Positions 1 to 9,861 of a DNA stretch of 64,000 nt are shown piece by piece (position 1 is the stretch's first letter; every line of letters starts with the position of its first letter). The stretch lies in assembly GCA_015067705.1 (NCBI GenBank), contig SVLW01000003.1:3928-67927 (forward strand), given 5' to 3'. The DNA comes from Oscillospiraceae bacterium (GTDB lineage: Bacteria; Bacillota; Clostridia; Oscillospirales; QAMX01). Made by a program: the position numbers and the translations under genes. The notes under the pieces were generated by a model that was not told the origin of the DNA, did no database searches, and was given only the letters and a program-made list of their open reading frames with translations.

Positions 1-13
1 GGAGGACGATTTA

Positions 14-1276
14 TTGGAGCGGGAGCTTAACGCCCTGTCCGGGGAGATCGACCGGCAGATGCAGGAGGCAGAGCGCGAGGCAAGATTTGAAGAAAAGATG
101 GATGAGATTGAAGCAAAGTTCGATGCGAAGTTCGCGGACGCGGAACGGCGCTTTGCGGAAAAAGAACAGAAGATGGAGGACGGCAGCTATCACTTTGATC
201 GGGAGAGCTATCGGGCGGCACACGGCGAGGACAACGCCCGGGTGCATCTGCCCCACGAGGCGGAGGCGAAGGCAGAGCGCGTGCAGCAGGACGCCACGAA
301 GCTGGGCGATGACATTGTCCGGGAAGTGGAAAAGACTCTGGAGAGCGGCGACCTCTCGAATCTGGGTACCCTCATTTCCAACAAGGTCAACTCCATCATT
401 GACCTCGCCCTGGGCAAAAGCCGTGGGGAACGACACAAGTACATGCCAACGGGCTCCAAGATGTGGCAGGGTGCGGACATTCGCTCGCTGTACCTGCGCA
501 CCTCCGGCAGCGCGGACATCACCGTGGAATCCGGGGAACCCGGCGTCTGGCGGGTGGAGGCCGAGGGCAGCCAGGAATTCCTCGAGCACCTTTCCTGCAC
601 CGAGGACGGCAGCACCCTGAAGATCGAGACCACGCCCTATCAGCAGCGGAACATGGGTCTCTTCGCCCCGGGCAACAGCATCGTGATCTTCACCGGCTTT
701 GAGGACGGCGAGGAGCTGGACGCAGAGCTGCGGGGCAGCGGCGACATGGACTGCAGCGTAAACTTTGAGGTCAGCCGCGTGGCCACCTACGGCAGCGGGG
801 ATATCGTGCTTTCCGACGCGGGATACCTTACCGTCACCGCCAGCGGCAGCGGCGATGTGACCCTGACCCGGGGCAGAAATGCCGTGATCTCCTCAAGCGG
901 CAGTTGTGACGTGGAGATCGAGGCGCTGGAGGGGATCAGCGAGGTCAAGACCAGCGGCAGCGGCGACGTGACCATCGGCACCGCCATCGGTTCCCTCTCC
1001 TTCCACACCAGCGGCAGCGGCGATCTGGAAGTGGGAGACGCCCAACTGGAACACCTGACGGTGGTGGCAAGCGGCGCGGGCGACGTGACCGTATGCGAAG
1101 GCATGGCGGGCACGCTGGATCTCACCCTGCGGGGCGCGGGCGACTTTGACGGCGCGGCGCTGACGGTGGGGGATCTGACGGCGGTGCTCTCCGGCGCATC
1201 GGACGCCACAGTGGGTCGGGTCACCGGCAGCGTATCCCAGCGGGTAGGCCCCGCGGCCAGCCTCAGCATTGGATAA
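14..1276 (+). CDS. DUF4097-like beta-strand repeat protein with charged coiled-coil N-terminus (LiaG/YvlB-like)
   Basis: 420-aa ORF. E/K/R-rich helical N-terminus, then about ten G-S/A-G/S-D-hydrophobic repeats (GSGDVTL, GSGDIVL, GAGDVTV...) typical of DUF4097 proteins. The frame stays open back to base 2, so the true start may lie outside the window. Confidence 0.5.
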   Translation: MERELNALSGEIDRQMQEAEREARFEEKMDEIEAKFDAKFADAERRFAEKEQKMEDGSYHFDRESYRAAHGEDNARVHLPHEAEAKAERVQQDATKLGDDIVREVEKTLESGDLSNLGTLISNKVNSIIDLALGKSRGERHKYMPTGSKMWQGADIRSLYLRTSGSADITVESGEPGVWRVEAEGSQEFLEHLSCTEDGSTLKIETTPYQQRNMGLFAPGNSIVIFTGFEDGEELDAELRGSGDMDCSVNFEVSRVATYGSGDIVLSDAGYLTVTASGSGDVTLTRGRNAVISSSGSCDVEIEALEGISEVKTSGSGDVTIGTAIGSLSFHTSGSGDLEVGDAQLEHLTVVASGAGDVTVCEGMAGTLDLTLRGAGDFDGAALTVGDLTAVLSGASDATVGRVTGSVSQRVGPAASLSIG

Positions 1277-1282
1277 AAAAAT

Positions 1283-1325
1283 CCCCCGGTGCGTACCGTT
1301 TTGGGTACGCACCGGGGGTCTTTTT
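1283..1325. terminator. bidirectional rho-independent terminator between convergent genes
   Basis: Perfect 15-bp stem cccccggtgcgtacc / ggtacgcaccggggg (1283-1297, 1304-1318), with an A-run upstream and a T-run downstream. Confidence 0.75.
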
Positions 1326-2229
1326 ACTCTTTCAGGATGAGATCCTCGTCGGGGGAATAGGGGGTGTCGAAATCCTCATATAGCGGGGACTCCACGACTT
1401 CACCGTGGATCAGGAACTGGACGCGATCCACATAAGGGAGTTCACAGAGGGAATTCACAATGGCGTAGAGCTTGGCCTCGAGATTTTCCTCAGCGGAGCG
1501 CTCCAGATCCGCGAAGTCCTCTGAGAAGTCCAGATAGCACACGCGGTTATGCACCTCCACGCCCAGAAGCTTGACATCCGGGTTCACCACGGGATTCGTG
1601 ATCCCGTTTTCCTGGACGCCGGCCATCAGGATCTCCATGATGGCCTCGGCGGGTTCCTCCCGGTCCGCCAGGGTGCGGCGGAAGGTGTTCGGCAGAAGGC
1701 CGGCGGCGATGGGGAAATAGATCGTGAACTCGTGCTCCCGCAGGCGAAGCCAGTCGGTGCTTCCGATGAGATCGTCCGGCGTGCGGACGGTGCGGCCCTC
1801 CTCCCCCTCCACGGTGATCACCACGCCGTTTAAGGACTGGGACAGTTGATCCTCCAGTTCATAGAGGGTCAGCACCATGCAGTAATCCGTGATGGTGCGT
1901 TCCATGGGAGAGAGGGCGCTGTATTCCTCGCTGAGCAGGACCGTCACTACGCCGTGGCCGGAGATATCCAGCGCGTGCAGCATGGTGCGGGGCGGGAAAA
2001 GACAGGAAAGCTGCTCGGACTGGGGCTCTGACATGGCAAGCTGCAGCGCAAGGGTGCAGAGGCGCTCGTCACTGGCGGCGAGAACCTCATGACTTTCAAA
2101 GCCGAAGAGGGCATCGCCCTCGGCATAATAGGCGGCGCGGATCTCCCGCCGCCCGGAATCCCGGTCACAGCCCGTGAGGAAGAGGCAAAGAAGGGCGGAA
2201 AGCAAGGCAAACATCCGTTTTGACAGCAT
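1324..2229 (-). CDS. GerMN-domain lipoprotein (GerM-like)
   Basis: 301 aa. Signal peptide with lipobox LTGC. The C-terminal segment LLGVEVHNRVCYLDFSEDF...VNSLCELPYVDRVQFLIHGE resembles the GerMN domain. Family recalled from memory, not searched. Confidence 0.5.
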   Translation of the reverse strand: MLSKRMFALLSALLCLFLTGCDRDSGRREIRAAYYAEGDALFGFESHEVLAASDERLCTLALQLAMSEPQSEQLSCLFPPRTMLHALDISGHGVVTVLLSEEYSALSPMERTITDYCMVLTLYELEDQLSQSLNGVVITVEGEEGRTVRTPDDLIGSTDWLRLREHEFTIYFPIAAGLLPNTFRRTLADREEPAEAIMEILMAGVQENGITNPVVNPDVKLLGVEVHNRVCYLDFSEDFADLERSAEENLEAKLYAIVNSLCELPYVDRVQFLIHGEVVESPLYEDFDTPYSPDEDLILKE

Positions 2230-2240
2230 CCGGCACCTCC

Positions 2241-3650
2241 TTACTCAAATTCATACCGGGTGATATCCAGCGCGGGGAACTCCACGGTGAAGCGGGTGCC
2301 GCCCTGGGCGCGGTTTTCCGCCCAGACACGGCCGCCGTACTGCGCCGCGGTATCCTGTACGATGGCAAGACCGAGGCCTGTGCCGCCGGTCTCCCGGGAG
2401 CGGGCCTTGTCCACCCGATAGAACCGGTCGAAGATCTGCGGCAGATCCTTTTCCGGGATGCCGATGCCGGTGTCATCCACGATGCAGGTAACCTTGTCGT
2501 CCCGGAGATAGCTGAGCACCCGGACGCTGCCGCCGGGGACATTGTATTTCAGGGCATTTTCCACTAAATTAAAGAGGATCTGGTACATGCCGTCCTCCTC
2601 CGCCAGCACCAGACAATCCGGCTCCGCCTCACAGGTGATGGTCACCTGATAGTGCTCGGATAAGGGCTGCAGCATCCGGGCGGCACGCTCCGCCACATAG
2701 GAGACGCTGACGGGGATGAACTCCCGGTGGAGATTCACGTCCAGGCGGGTGAGGTTCAAAAGACGGTCGGTGATGCGGGTGAGGCGCACGATTTCCTCGC
2801 TGACGTCCCCGAGAAATTCCCGCACGTCCTCCATCTCCATATTCCGGCTTTGAAGGATGGAGTCCGTCAGAAGCTTAATGGAGGCCAGAGGCGTTTTCAG
2901 TTCATGGGAGGCATTGGAGACGAACTGGCGGCGCAGCTCCTCCGTTTGCTCCAGTCGCCCGGACAGGGCGTTGAATTCTTCGGCGATTCTGGAGATCTCG
3001 TCCCGGCCGGACACCGGCACGCGGTGGCTGTAATGGCCCTCCCGCACCTCGGAGATCGCCACATTCAGGCGATGGACCCGGCGGCGCAGTACCGTAGAGA
3101 AGGCCAGACTGGCCAGCAGGGTGAGGGCGCCCAGAATCAGGGAAATATAGCGCAGATAGCGCTGCATGGAGAGGAGCAGCGCGCCCTGCTCCGCGTCATA
3201 TTCATAGAAATACACCGCGCCGAAGATCTCGCTGCGGGTGGTGATGGGCACGGCGGCGCTTGACTCAAAGGCGCCGTCCCGATAGACACAGCGAAAGGCA
3301 TCCTGTCCCCGGAGAGCGGAGAGCAATTCCCGGCGCAGCAGATCGCGCCCCAGAAGAGAAGTTTCTGCGGCGCTGTCAAAGAGGATCTCCCCCGCGGTGT
3401 CCGTCACGAAGATGCGGCCCTCGCCGTAGAGATCCAGCTGGGTCATCACGGCGGAGACCCGATCCCGGCCCAGAGTCTGCAGTCCCGACAAACTGGAGGA
3501 CACCAGATTGGCGGTGCGGAGCATATCGCTGCGCTTGGTCTCCATCATAAGGTCCTGGGCGGTCAGGAGCGGATAGGTATTGATGAGCGCCAGCGTCACC
3601 ACGATGACCGCCGAAAAGAGGAGCATCAGGTGGGCGCTCAGGCTGTGCAT
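2241..3650 (-). CDS. sensor histidine kinase (TM-HAMP-HisKA-HATPase_c)
   Basis: 469 aa. N-terminal TM helices, H-box SHELKTPL, N-box LVENALKYN, G-boxes DDTGIGI and GGTGLGLAIV. Directly downstream of the response regulator. Confidence 0.9.
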   Translation of the reverse strand: MHSLSAHLMLLFSAVIVVTLALINTYPLLTAQDLMMETKRSDMLRTANLVSSSLSGLQTLGRDRVSAVMTQLDLYGEGRIFVTDTAGEILFDSAAETSLLGRDLLRRELLSALRGQDAFRCVYRDGAFESSAAVPITTRSEIFGAVYFYEYDAEQGALLLSMQRYLRYISLILGALTLLASLAFSTVLRRRVHRLNVAISEVREGHYSHRVPVSGRDEISRIAEEFNALSGRLEQTEELRRQFVSNASHELKTPLASIKLLTDSILQSRNMEMEDVREFLGDVSEEIVRLTRITDRLLNLTRLDVNLHREFIPVSVSYVAERAARMLQPLSEHYQVTITCEAEPDCLVLAEEDGMYQILFNLVENALKYNVPGGSVRVLSYLRDDKVTCIVDDTGIGIPEKDLPQIFDRFYRVDKARSRETGGTGLGLAIVQDTAAQYGGRVWAENRAQGGTRFTVEFPALDITRYEFE

Positions 3651-3675
3651 AAATTCCCGGAAGGGAATCTTTTTT

Positions 3676-4365
3676 TTACTGCTTAAAATAATAACCGACG
3701 CCCCATTTCGTCAAAATGTATTCGGGAGAAGCGGCATTGGCCTCCACCTTTTCCCGCAGGTGGCGGATGTGTACGTCCACGGTGCGGATATCGCCGGGGG
3801 AATCATAGCCCCAGACGGTGCTGAGCAGGCTGTCCCGGGAATAGACCCGGCCGGGATTGCGCATAAAGAGCTCCAAAAGGTCGAATTCCTTCACGGTGAG
3901 CACCACGTTTCTGCCGTCCACCAGGACGCTGCGCTCCAGGGTGTCCAGTTCGATGGGGCCCCGGGCCAGACGAGTTTCGGGTCCCGGACGGTCGCCCGCG
4001 GCGGGATTGCCGGCCCGGCGAAGAATGGCCCGGATGCGGGCCTTCAGCTCCATGATATTAAAAGGCTTTGTGATATAATCATCCGCGCCGTATTCAAAAC
4101 CGATGAGCTTGTCATTATCGCCGGTCTTGGCGGTGAGCATGATGACGGGGACATTGGAGAATTCCCGCACCCGGCGGCACACCTCCAGCCCGTCCATCTT
4201 CGGCAGCATCAGGTCCAAAAGGATCACGTCATAGCGGTTTCTCTGGGCCAGGGAAAGGCCCTCCTCGCCGTCAAAGGCGCCGTCCACCTGATACCCGTCG
4301 TTTTCCAGATTAAATTTAATTCCCTTCACCAGGATCTTTTCATCATCCACCACAAGGATTCTCAT
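3676..4365 (-). CDS. OmpR/PhoB-family response regulator
   Basis: Start placed at ATG 4365 (MRILVVDDEK...) with a GGAGA RBS 5-6 nt upstream. Receiver domain plus winged-helix C-terminus (VHIRHLREKVE...WGVGYYF). The 75-codon upstream extension in the ORF track has no support. Confidence 0.9.
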   Translation of the reverse strand: MRILVVDDEKILVKGIKFNLENDGYQVDGAFDGEEGLSLAQRNRYDVILLDLMLPKMDGLEVCRRVREFSNVPVIMLTAKTGDNDKLIGFEYGADDYITKPFNIMELKARIRAILRRAGNPAAGDRPGPETRLARGPIELDTLERSVLVDGRNVVLTVKEFDLLELFMRNPGRVYSRDSLLSTVWGYDSPGDIRTVDVHIRHLREKVEANAASPEYILTKWGVGYYFKQ

Positions 4366-4412
4366 GTTTTTCTCCTTTTCCGGCGTTTTGCGGCGGCAAA
4401 ACGCAAATCTAT

Positions 4413-4441
4413 TTGACAAATTTCCGGACATTCGGTAAAAT
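4413..4441 (+). promoter_or_regulatory. sigma-A type promoter candidate upstream of the carboxypeptidase gene
   Basis: TTGACA (4413-4418), 17-nt spacer, TAAAAT (4436-4441). Confidence 0.5.
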
Positions 4442-4588
4442 AAGAAGATGTCAGTAAAATCATTCCGCCGCCGGGCGGCTTCCGCTGTCCCGCCGGCTCT
4501 GCTTCTACCTTTTAGTATAGCATAGTTTTTTGCGGATTCCAATCTTTTCGCCGCAAAAACCGAAACTTTGGAAGGAGGATCCCCCATC

Positions 4589-5917
4589 ATGCGCAGGATC
4601 GTTCCGCTGCTCTTCGCGTGTGTGCTGTTCTTCTCGCTCGGCTGTCCCGCTCTGGCAGGATCCTATGAGAACGAGCCGCCCATCCGCTCGGACATTGCGG
4701 TGTTATATGAATCAAACAGCGGCACGCTGATCTTCTCGAAAAACGGCACCAAGCGGGCCTATCCCGCCAGTACCACCAAGATCATGACCGCCCTTCTGGC
4801 CATCGAGAACTGCCAGATGGACGAGCCCGTCACGGCCACCCGCTCCGCCCTGAACACCGTGACCCCGGGCTCCAGTATCGCGGGCCTTCAAAATGGCGAG
4901 GTGCTCTCCATGTACGAGATGCTGGAATGCCTTCTGGTGGCCTCGGGAAACGACGCCGCGGCGGTCATCGCCGCCCATGTGGGCGGATCGGTAGACCGGT
5001 TCGTGGAGATGATGAACGAACGCTCCGAAGAACTGGGCTGTCAGGACACGAACTATATGAATCCCTCGGGCCTTCATCATGAGGAGCATTACACCACGGC
5101 GGAGGATCTTCTGCTGGTGGCGGAGGAAGCCATGAAGCATCCGGTGTTCCGGGAGATCGTGGCCATGCGTCAGGTGGCCATCGAGCCCACCAACAAGGTG
5201 TCAAAGACCCGGTATTTCAATAATACTAACCAGTTGATCTCCTCTGCCTCCACCAGCGTCAATCTCTACAGCAAGGCCATCGGCATCAAGACCGGCCACA
5301 CCACCCCCGCGGGATACTGTCTGGTGTCTGCGGCGGCGGACAAGGACCGGGAGTATATCGCCGTGGTGCTGGCGGGGTATATCGACGAGAAGAATTACCG
5401 CAATTATTCCTATGTGGACTCCATCAATCTCTTTCTCTGGGGCTTTTCCGACTTTGCCCAGCGCACGGTGGTGAGCAGCAGCGATCTGGTGACGGAGCTG
5501 CCGGTGGAGCTGGCCAAGGGCAAGGACTTTGTGATCCTCCGGGCGGCGCAGGATGTGACGGCATATCTTCATAAGACCGACGAGATCGACGACATCTTCC
5601 GAAAGGTGGTCACGGTGCAGGAGAATATCGCGGCGCCCGTCCGGGCGGGCGACATTCTGGGCGCCCTCACCGTCATGAAGGGAAACGAGGTCTACGCCAG
5701 AGTGGATCTGGTAGCCATGAACGACGTGGAGCGGTCTGAGGGACTTTATTACTTCGAAGCCATGGGCAATTTCTTCGCCCATCCCGGCGTGCGGGCGGGC
5801 ATTGCCCTGCTGGCGTCGGCACTGATCGTCTATCTGGTCTTTTGGGTGCTTTATAATAAGCGCCGCCGGGCCATCCGGGCCAGAAAGAGACGCCGCGGCA
5901 TCGACGACGAATTCTGA
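4589..5917 (+). CDS. D-alanyl-D-alanine carboxypeptidase (serine-type, PBP5/S11 family)
   Basis: ATG 4589 is preceded by GGAGG. Signal peptide; SxxK (STTK), SGN and KTG motifs in the canonical order; C-terminal TM anchor with a basic tail. Confidence 0.85.
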   Translation: MRRIVPLLFACVLFFSLGCPALAGSYENEPPIRSDIAVLYESNSGTLIFSKNGTKRAYPASTTKIMTALLAIENCQMDEPVTATRSALNTVTPGSSIAGLQNGEVLSMYEMLECLLVASGNDAAAVIAAHVGGSVDRFVEMMNERSEELGCQDTNYMNPSGLHHEEHYTTAEDLLLVAEEAMKHPVFREIVAMRQVAIEPTNKVSKTRYFNNTNQLISSASTSVNLYSKAIGIKTGHTTPAGYCLVSAAADKDREYIAVVLAGYIDEKNYRNYSYVDSINLFLWGFSDFAQRTVVSSSDLVTELPVELAKGKDFVILRAAQDVTAYLHKTDEIDDIFRKVVTVQENIAAPVRAGDILGALTVMKGNEVYARVDLVAMNDVERSEGLYYFEAMGNFFAHPGVRAGIALLASALIVYLVFWVLYNKRRRAIRARKRRRGIDDEF

Positions 5918-5922
5918 TCGGC

Positions 5923-5945
5923 AGAGGAAATTTTGAATTTCCTCT
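5923..5945 (+). terminator. hairpin after the carboxypeptidase gene (weak terminator candidate)
   Basis: 10-bp stem agaggaaatt / aatttcctct with a 3-nt loop. No clear T-run; abuts the -35 of the secG promoter. Confidence 0.35.
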
Positions 5946-5973
5946 TGCATCCTGTGGTCTTTCATGCTATAAT
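5945..5973 (+). promoter_or_regulatory. sigma-A promoter candidate for secG
   Basis: TTGCAT (5945-5950), 17-nt spacer, TATAAT (5968-5973), with a TG extended -10 at 5965-5966. Confidence 0.6.
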
Positions 5974-6011
5974 ATCAAATACTTATGTGAAACAGGTAGG
6001 TGCTCAATAAA

Positions 6012-6251
6012 ATGGAAGCTTTGAATGTGATTCTCAGCATCGTCCAGGTTATCCTGGCCATCGGTGTCATTTTTCTCGTTCTGATGCAGCAGGGCAAGCG
6101 TGCCGGTCTGTCCGGTGCCATCGCCGGCGGCGCAGAGACCTTCTTTGGCAAGAACAAGGCCAGCTCCATGGACGCAATGCTGTCCCGTCTGACCGTGATC
6201 TTCTCCATCATTCTCGTGGTGACCACCATCGCGCTGAATCTCATCCACTAA
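6012..6251 (+). CDS. secG: preprotein translocase subunit SecG
   Basis: MEALNVILSIVQVILAIGVIFLVLMQQGKRAGLSGAIAGG...: two hydrophobic helices flanking a Gly-rich loop, typical SecG size. Alternative GTG start at 6000. Confidence 0.8.
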   Translation: MEALNVILSIVQVILAIGVIFLVLMQQGKRAGLSGAIAGGAETFFGKNKASSMDAMLSRLTVIFSIILVVTTIALNLIH

Positions 6252-6260
6252 GCAAAAAAG

Positions 6261-6293
6261 CTCCGTCGGGAATCCCGACGGAGTTCTTTTTTT
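6261..6293 (+). terminator. rho-independent terminator of secG
   Basis: Stem ctccgtcggg / cccgacggag (6261-6270, 6274-6283) followed by a T-run at 6285-6293. Confidence 0.75.
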
Positions 6294-6302
6294 GTAAAAA
6301 GG

Positions 6303-6341
6303 AAGCGCATACCGTTCGGGGTTCTCCGGCGGTATGCGCTT
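6303..6341 (-). terminator. rho-independent terminator of tsaD
   Basis: 12-bp stem aagcgcataccg / cggtatgcgctt (6303-6314, 6330-6341). On the minus strand it is followed by a T-rich run. Confidence 0.6.
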
Positions 6342-6346
6342 TTCTG

Positions 6347-7366
6347 TCAAATACGCGGCGCCTCATCAATACCCAGCGTGGGGTACGCATTGAGGTCTGT
6401 GCCGGCGCGGAGGCCGGAGAGCATATCGTAATAACCCTGGCAGGCGATCATGGCGCCGTTGTCGCCGCAGAGGGCGATGGGCGGCACATAAAGGCGGATG
6501 CCGTGCTTCCGGCAGCCCCGCTCCAAGGCCTCCCGCAGGAAGGAATTGGCGGCCACGCCGCCAGCGGCGGCGAGAATGCCGTGGCCGCTCTTGAGGGCGG
6601 CATCCACGGCCCGGGGGGCCAGTTCCTCCGCCACTGCATGGCAGAAGGAGGCGGCCAGACCGGCACGGTCGATGGCCTCGCCCTTTTGCTCGGCACGGTG
6701 GGCGGTGTTCACCACGGCGGTCTTGAGACCGGAGAAGGAGAAGTCCCAGGGCGCGCCGTCCACCTTCACCTTGGGCAGGCGATAAGTTTTCGGGTTCCCC
6801 TCCCGTGCCAGACGGTCGATGGCGGCGCCGCCGGGATAGGGCAGGCCCAGCACGCGGCCGGCCTTGTCAAAGGCCTCGCCCGCGGCGTCGTCCCGGGTGG
6901 AGCCCAGGATCTCCATGTCCTGATAGGTTTTCACGTCGGCGATGAGGCTGTGGCCGCCGGAGACCACGAGACAGGTGAAGGGCGGCTTCAGTTCCGGAAA
7001 GGCGATATAGTTTGCGGCGATGTGGCCCTTGATGTGGTGGACGGGGATCAGGGGCTTTCCGGTGGCATAGGCCAGGCCCTTGGCGAAGTTCACGCCCACC
7101 AGCAGCGCGCCGATGAGGCCCGGGGCATAGGTGACGGCGATGCCGTCAATGTCCGAAAGGCGCACGCCCGCGTCACCCAGTGCCTGCTGCACCACGCCGT
7201 GGATGGCCTCCATATGGCTGCGGGAGGCGATCTCCGGCACCACGCCGCCATAGATGGCGTGCATATCGATCTGGGACAGTACCACATTGGAGAGGATCTC
7301 GCGGCCGTCCCGGCTGACGGATGCAGCGGTCTCGTCGCAGGAGCTCTCAATTCCGAGTATCAGCAT
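6347..7366 (-). CDS. tsaD: tRNA N6-adenosine threonylcarbamoyltransferase TsaD
   Basis: MLILGIESSCDETAA... N-terminus, SHMEAIHG and GGVAAN motifs. ATG 7366 has GGAGG 5 nt upstream. The longer track start at 7393 (GTG) is not favoured. Confidence 0.92.
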   Translation of the reverse strand: MLILGIESSCDETAASVSRDGREILSNVVLSQIDMHAIYGGVVPEIASRSHMEAIHGVVQQALGDAGVRLSDIDGIAVTYAPGLIGALLVGVNFAKGLAYATGKPLIPVHHIKGHIAANYIAFPELKPPFTCLVVSGGHSLIADVKTYQDMEILGSTRDDAAGEAFDKAGRVLGLPYPGGAAIDRLAREGNPKTYRLPKVKVDGAPWDFSFSGLKTAVVNTAHRAEQKGEAIDRAGLAASFCHAVAEELAPRAVDAALKSGHGILAAAGGVAANSFLREALERGCRKHGIRLYVPPIALCGDNGAMIACQGYYDMLSGLRAGTDLNAYPTLGIDEAPRI

Positions 7367-7389
7367 AGGTTCCTCCGTATCTGAACGCA

Positions 7390-7836
7390 TCACGGTACCC
7401 GCCGCATGAGAATGGCGTTTTCCGTGGGTTTTTCGTAATAATTCCGCCGGACGGCGTAGGGCACGAAGCCAAAGGATGCATAGAGCGTCCGGGCGGGGGT
7501 GTTACTCTCCCGCACCTCTAAAAAGGACTGGGACAGGGCGGGATGGGTGTCAAAGAAGTCCTGTAAAAGCCAGCGGGCCAGACCCAGGCGGCGATAGTCC
7601 GGGTGGGTGGCCACGTTTACGATCTCGGCCTCGTCCAGGATCACATGGGTGCCGAGGAAGGCGGCAAGGCGATCGGCTTTTCCATCATAGATGCCCGTCC
7701 ACTCCGCGAAGGGGCCGGCGAGATCGCCCTCGAAGGCGGCCTCGCTCCAGGGCACGGTGAAGCAGGCAAGCTCGATCTCATGCAGGCGCGGCGCCCATTC
7801 CGGCGTCAGGCGCAGGGCGGCAAAGTGCTCAGTCAT
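7390..7836 (-). CDS. rimI: ribosomal-protein-alanine N-acetyltransferase (GNAT)
   Basis: 148-aa GNAT fold (VATHPDYRRLGLARWLL acetyl-CoA motif) immediately upstream of tsaD, the conserved rimI-tsaD arrangement. Confidence 0.7.
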   Translation of the reverse strand: MTEHFAALRLTPEWAPRLHEIELACFTVPWSEAAFEGDLAGPFAEWTGIYDGKADRLAAFLGTHVILDEAEIVNVATHPDYRRLGLARWLLQDFFDTHPALSQSFLEVRESNTPARTLYASFGFVPYAVRRNYYEKPTENAILMRRVP

Positions 7837-8257
7837 TTTGCACCTCCCGGAGAATCTCCTCCAGCGCCCCGTGGATGGCGGCGGCGGTGCGGAGATAGGT
7901 GGCCAGATCCCCGCCGTAGGGATCCGGGATGCCCGCGGGCGTGAGCAGGGCGTATTTCTCCTGAAATTCCGGGCAGGCGGCGCGGAGCAGCGAGAGATGC
8001 GCGGGGGTCATGCAGTAGACCCGGTCGGCCTCCTGAAGGAGCGCCTCCGTCACGGGCTGGGCCCGATGGGCGGTGAGGTCGCCGCCATATTCCCGGGCGG
8101 CGGAGACGGCATTGGCCGCGGCGGGGTCGCCGGGCAGGGCGGAGAGCCCCGCGCTTTTGGCATGGGGCAGGCCGAGGGGCGCCGCCATGGCGTTCCAGAT
8201 GGCCTCCGCCATGGGACTGCGGCAGGTATTGCCGGTGCAGACAAAGAGCAGTTTCAT
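7829..8257 (-). CDS. low-molecular-weight protein phosphatase (Tyr/Arg phosphatase family)
   Basis: N-terminal CX5R(S) P-loop VCTGNTCRSPMAE and C-terminal DP motif (IPDPYGG). Confidence 0.85.
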   Translation of the reverse strand: MKLLFVCTGNTCRSPMAEAIWNAMAAPLGLPHAKSAGLSALPGDPAAANAVSAAREYGGDLTAHRAQPVTEALLQEADRVYCMTPAHLSLLRAACPEFQEKYALLTPAGIPDPYGGDLATYLRTAAAIHGALEEILREVQND

Positions 8258-8470
8258 AGAAAAAACACCTGATGTGACTTGATACCGCCATTATACCACA
8301 ACTCCCCCGCGCAATCCAGCAGGAATCGCAGTCTCCCGGGAATCGGAAAATTTTTTTGAAAAAAGCTGTCACCTTTTTAGGTGTGTGTGACACTATATAG
8401 ATAAAACAGGGAAATCATGTGACCGGGAGGATTTCTCTCCATCCAATTCAATCGGCGAAAGGAGTTTTTT

Positions 8471-9844
8471 ATGAAAACAACATTCACACGCACCCTCGCA
8501 GGGATGCTCGCGGCAGTCCTGCTCTTGCTCACGCTTGTGGGATGTGGGAAGGAAAAGGGGGAAGTGGTAACGTATGAGCTCAGCGACGGGCCGGGGTATG
8601 ATGATCTTGTGGAGACGGACGAACTTGTGCTTTATACCACTAACGGTAGTGTACCACTAGATCGACGTAGGATAGATCTTTTCAATGCAATATATGATGT
8701 GGATGTTGAACTTGTGGTGATTCCCGAAGAAGAATACGAAGAACGAATCATCAATGACCTTGCGACTGGATCAGGACCGGATGTGTTGTTCTTATACGAA
8801 ATGTATGGGACTGATATCAGTAAAGCAGCGCTGAACAATAATTTCCTTGACTTGACTAATGTTTTAGAAGAGGATCCGGAATTTCATTTTGATGACTATT
8901 TAGACGGCGTGTTTGAAGCATGCCAGTATCATGGCCGCCAATATGTTATGCCGCTGTCTTGTGAACCGTCTTTGGTGGTCTCTCTCAGTGAAAAAATGGA
9001 GGAAATCGGATTTAGTTGGGACAATACCGATACTATGTCGGATTATTTGAAAAATCTGGCTCATCTGACACCGAAAGCCGCAAAAGATCCGAATTTCAAA
9101 CAGATGTTTCACACGAAAAACGTATTTGTCAGATTCTTGCAAATCTCGGGTATTCCTGTGATTGACTACGAGAACGGAGAAGTTTTGCCGGACGAAAAGG
9201 GTTTCCGGGAGTTCCTTGAGGCGTACAAATCGTATTTCCTTTATGACTATGATGAGAATGATCCGACCATGTGGCATCGTCCCTATGGTTATGATGTTCT
9301 TACAGCAGGCAAATGTGTATTTTGGTTCCCCAGAGATAAGCAAGGTTTTCCTTTATCTTTATCTGTGTTAAAAGACGAGTCGCATGAATATGTGGTACAG
9401 TCGATCCCTGGACAAACAGGAGAATCTGTCGGTACTGTCACCGGTCCGGTTGCGATCAGTGCAACCTCTAAAAATTCTTTGAATGCCTATAAATACATTA
9501 AGTTTCTGCTATCTGAAACGGCACAGATGGATCAGTATGGGACTCCAGATGGTATGCCGATTTTGAAAGAAGCAATTCGAGAAAGTTTATTAGAGTCACC
9601 AAGTGGAACGCGAGGCCCTGGTGGCGGAGTGTTTTTTGATTATGAAGTGCCCGCACTGACAGAAGATGAAGTTGAACGGATCATGGGGCAGATCGAATCT
9701 ACAACAGATTATGTTATGATGATTTCAAAACCGTACTATGACATAGTGTACGACACCATGCTGCCCTTCTTCAAAGCTGAGGACAGCTACAAGAATTGCC
9801 TGGAGGAGCTTCGCAGTAAGTTGACGTTCTATTTGAGTGAATGA
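8471..9844 (+). CDS. extracellular solute-binding lipoprotein, paralog 1 (ABC family-1 SBP-like, orphan)
   Basis: 457 aa. AAAGGAG RBS; signal peptide plus lipobox LVGC; GSGPDV and HGRQYVMPLS motifs as in CUT1-type binding proteins. C-terminus LRSKLTFYLSE is shared by all four paralogs. Family call by motif only. Confidence 0.7.
   Translation: MKTTFTRTLAGMLAAVLLLLTLVGCGKEKGEVVTYELSDGPGYDDLVETDELVLYTTNGSVPLDRRRIDLFNAIYDVDVELVVIPEEEYEERIINDLATGSGPDVLFLYEMYGTDISKAALNNNFLDLTNVLEEDPEFHFDDYLDGVFEACQYHGRQYVMPLSCEPSLVVSLSEKMEEIGFSWDNTDTMSDYLKNLAHLTPKAAKDPNFKQMFHTKNVFVRFLQISGIPVIDYENGEVLPDEKGFREFLEAYKSYFLYDYDENDPTMWHRPYGYDVLTAGKCVFWFPRDKQGFPLSLSVLKDESHEYVVQSIPGQTGESVGTVTGPVAISATSKNSLNAYKYIKFLLSETAQMDQYGTPDGMPILKEAIRESLLESPSGTRGPGGGVFFDYEVPALTEDEVERIMGQIESTTDYVMMISKPYYDIVYDTMLPFFKAEDSYKNCLEELRSKLTFYLSE
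9069..9282 (+). repeat. 214-bp near-identical tract shared with paralog 2 (copy 1)
   Basis: Hand alignment with 10469-10682 shows 2 mismatches in 214 nt (positions 9185 and 9240). Flanking paralog sequence is clearly more diverged. Confidence 0.85.
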
Positions 9845-9861
9845 GAGAAAGGAGAGAAATC

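Noticed and set aside
9833-9846. Shared 13-mer tgagtgaatgaga at the end of SBP paralog 1 and in the second pcrA direct repeat (49141-49155), as a possible common attachment site
   Set aside because: Both derive from proteins ending in (L/V)SE plus a TGA stop with the same codons. The match does not extend further, and the left boundary of the SBP block shows no such motif. Most likely coincidence, though a genome-wide count of the motif would settle it.
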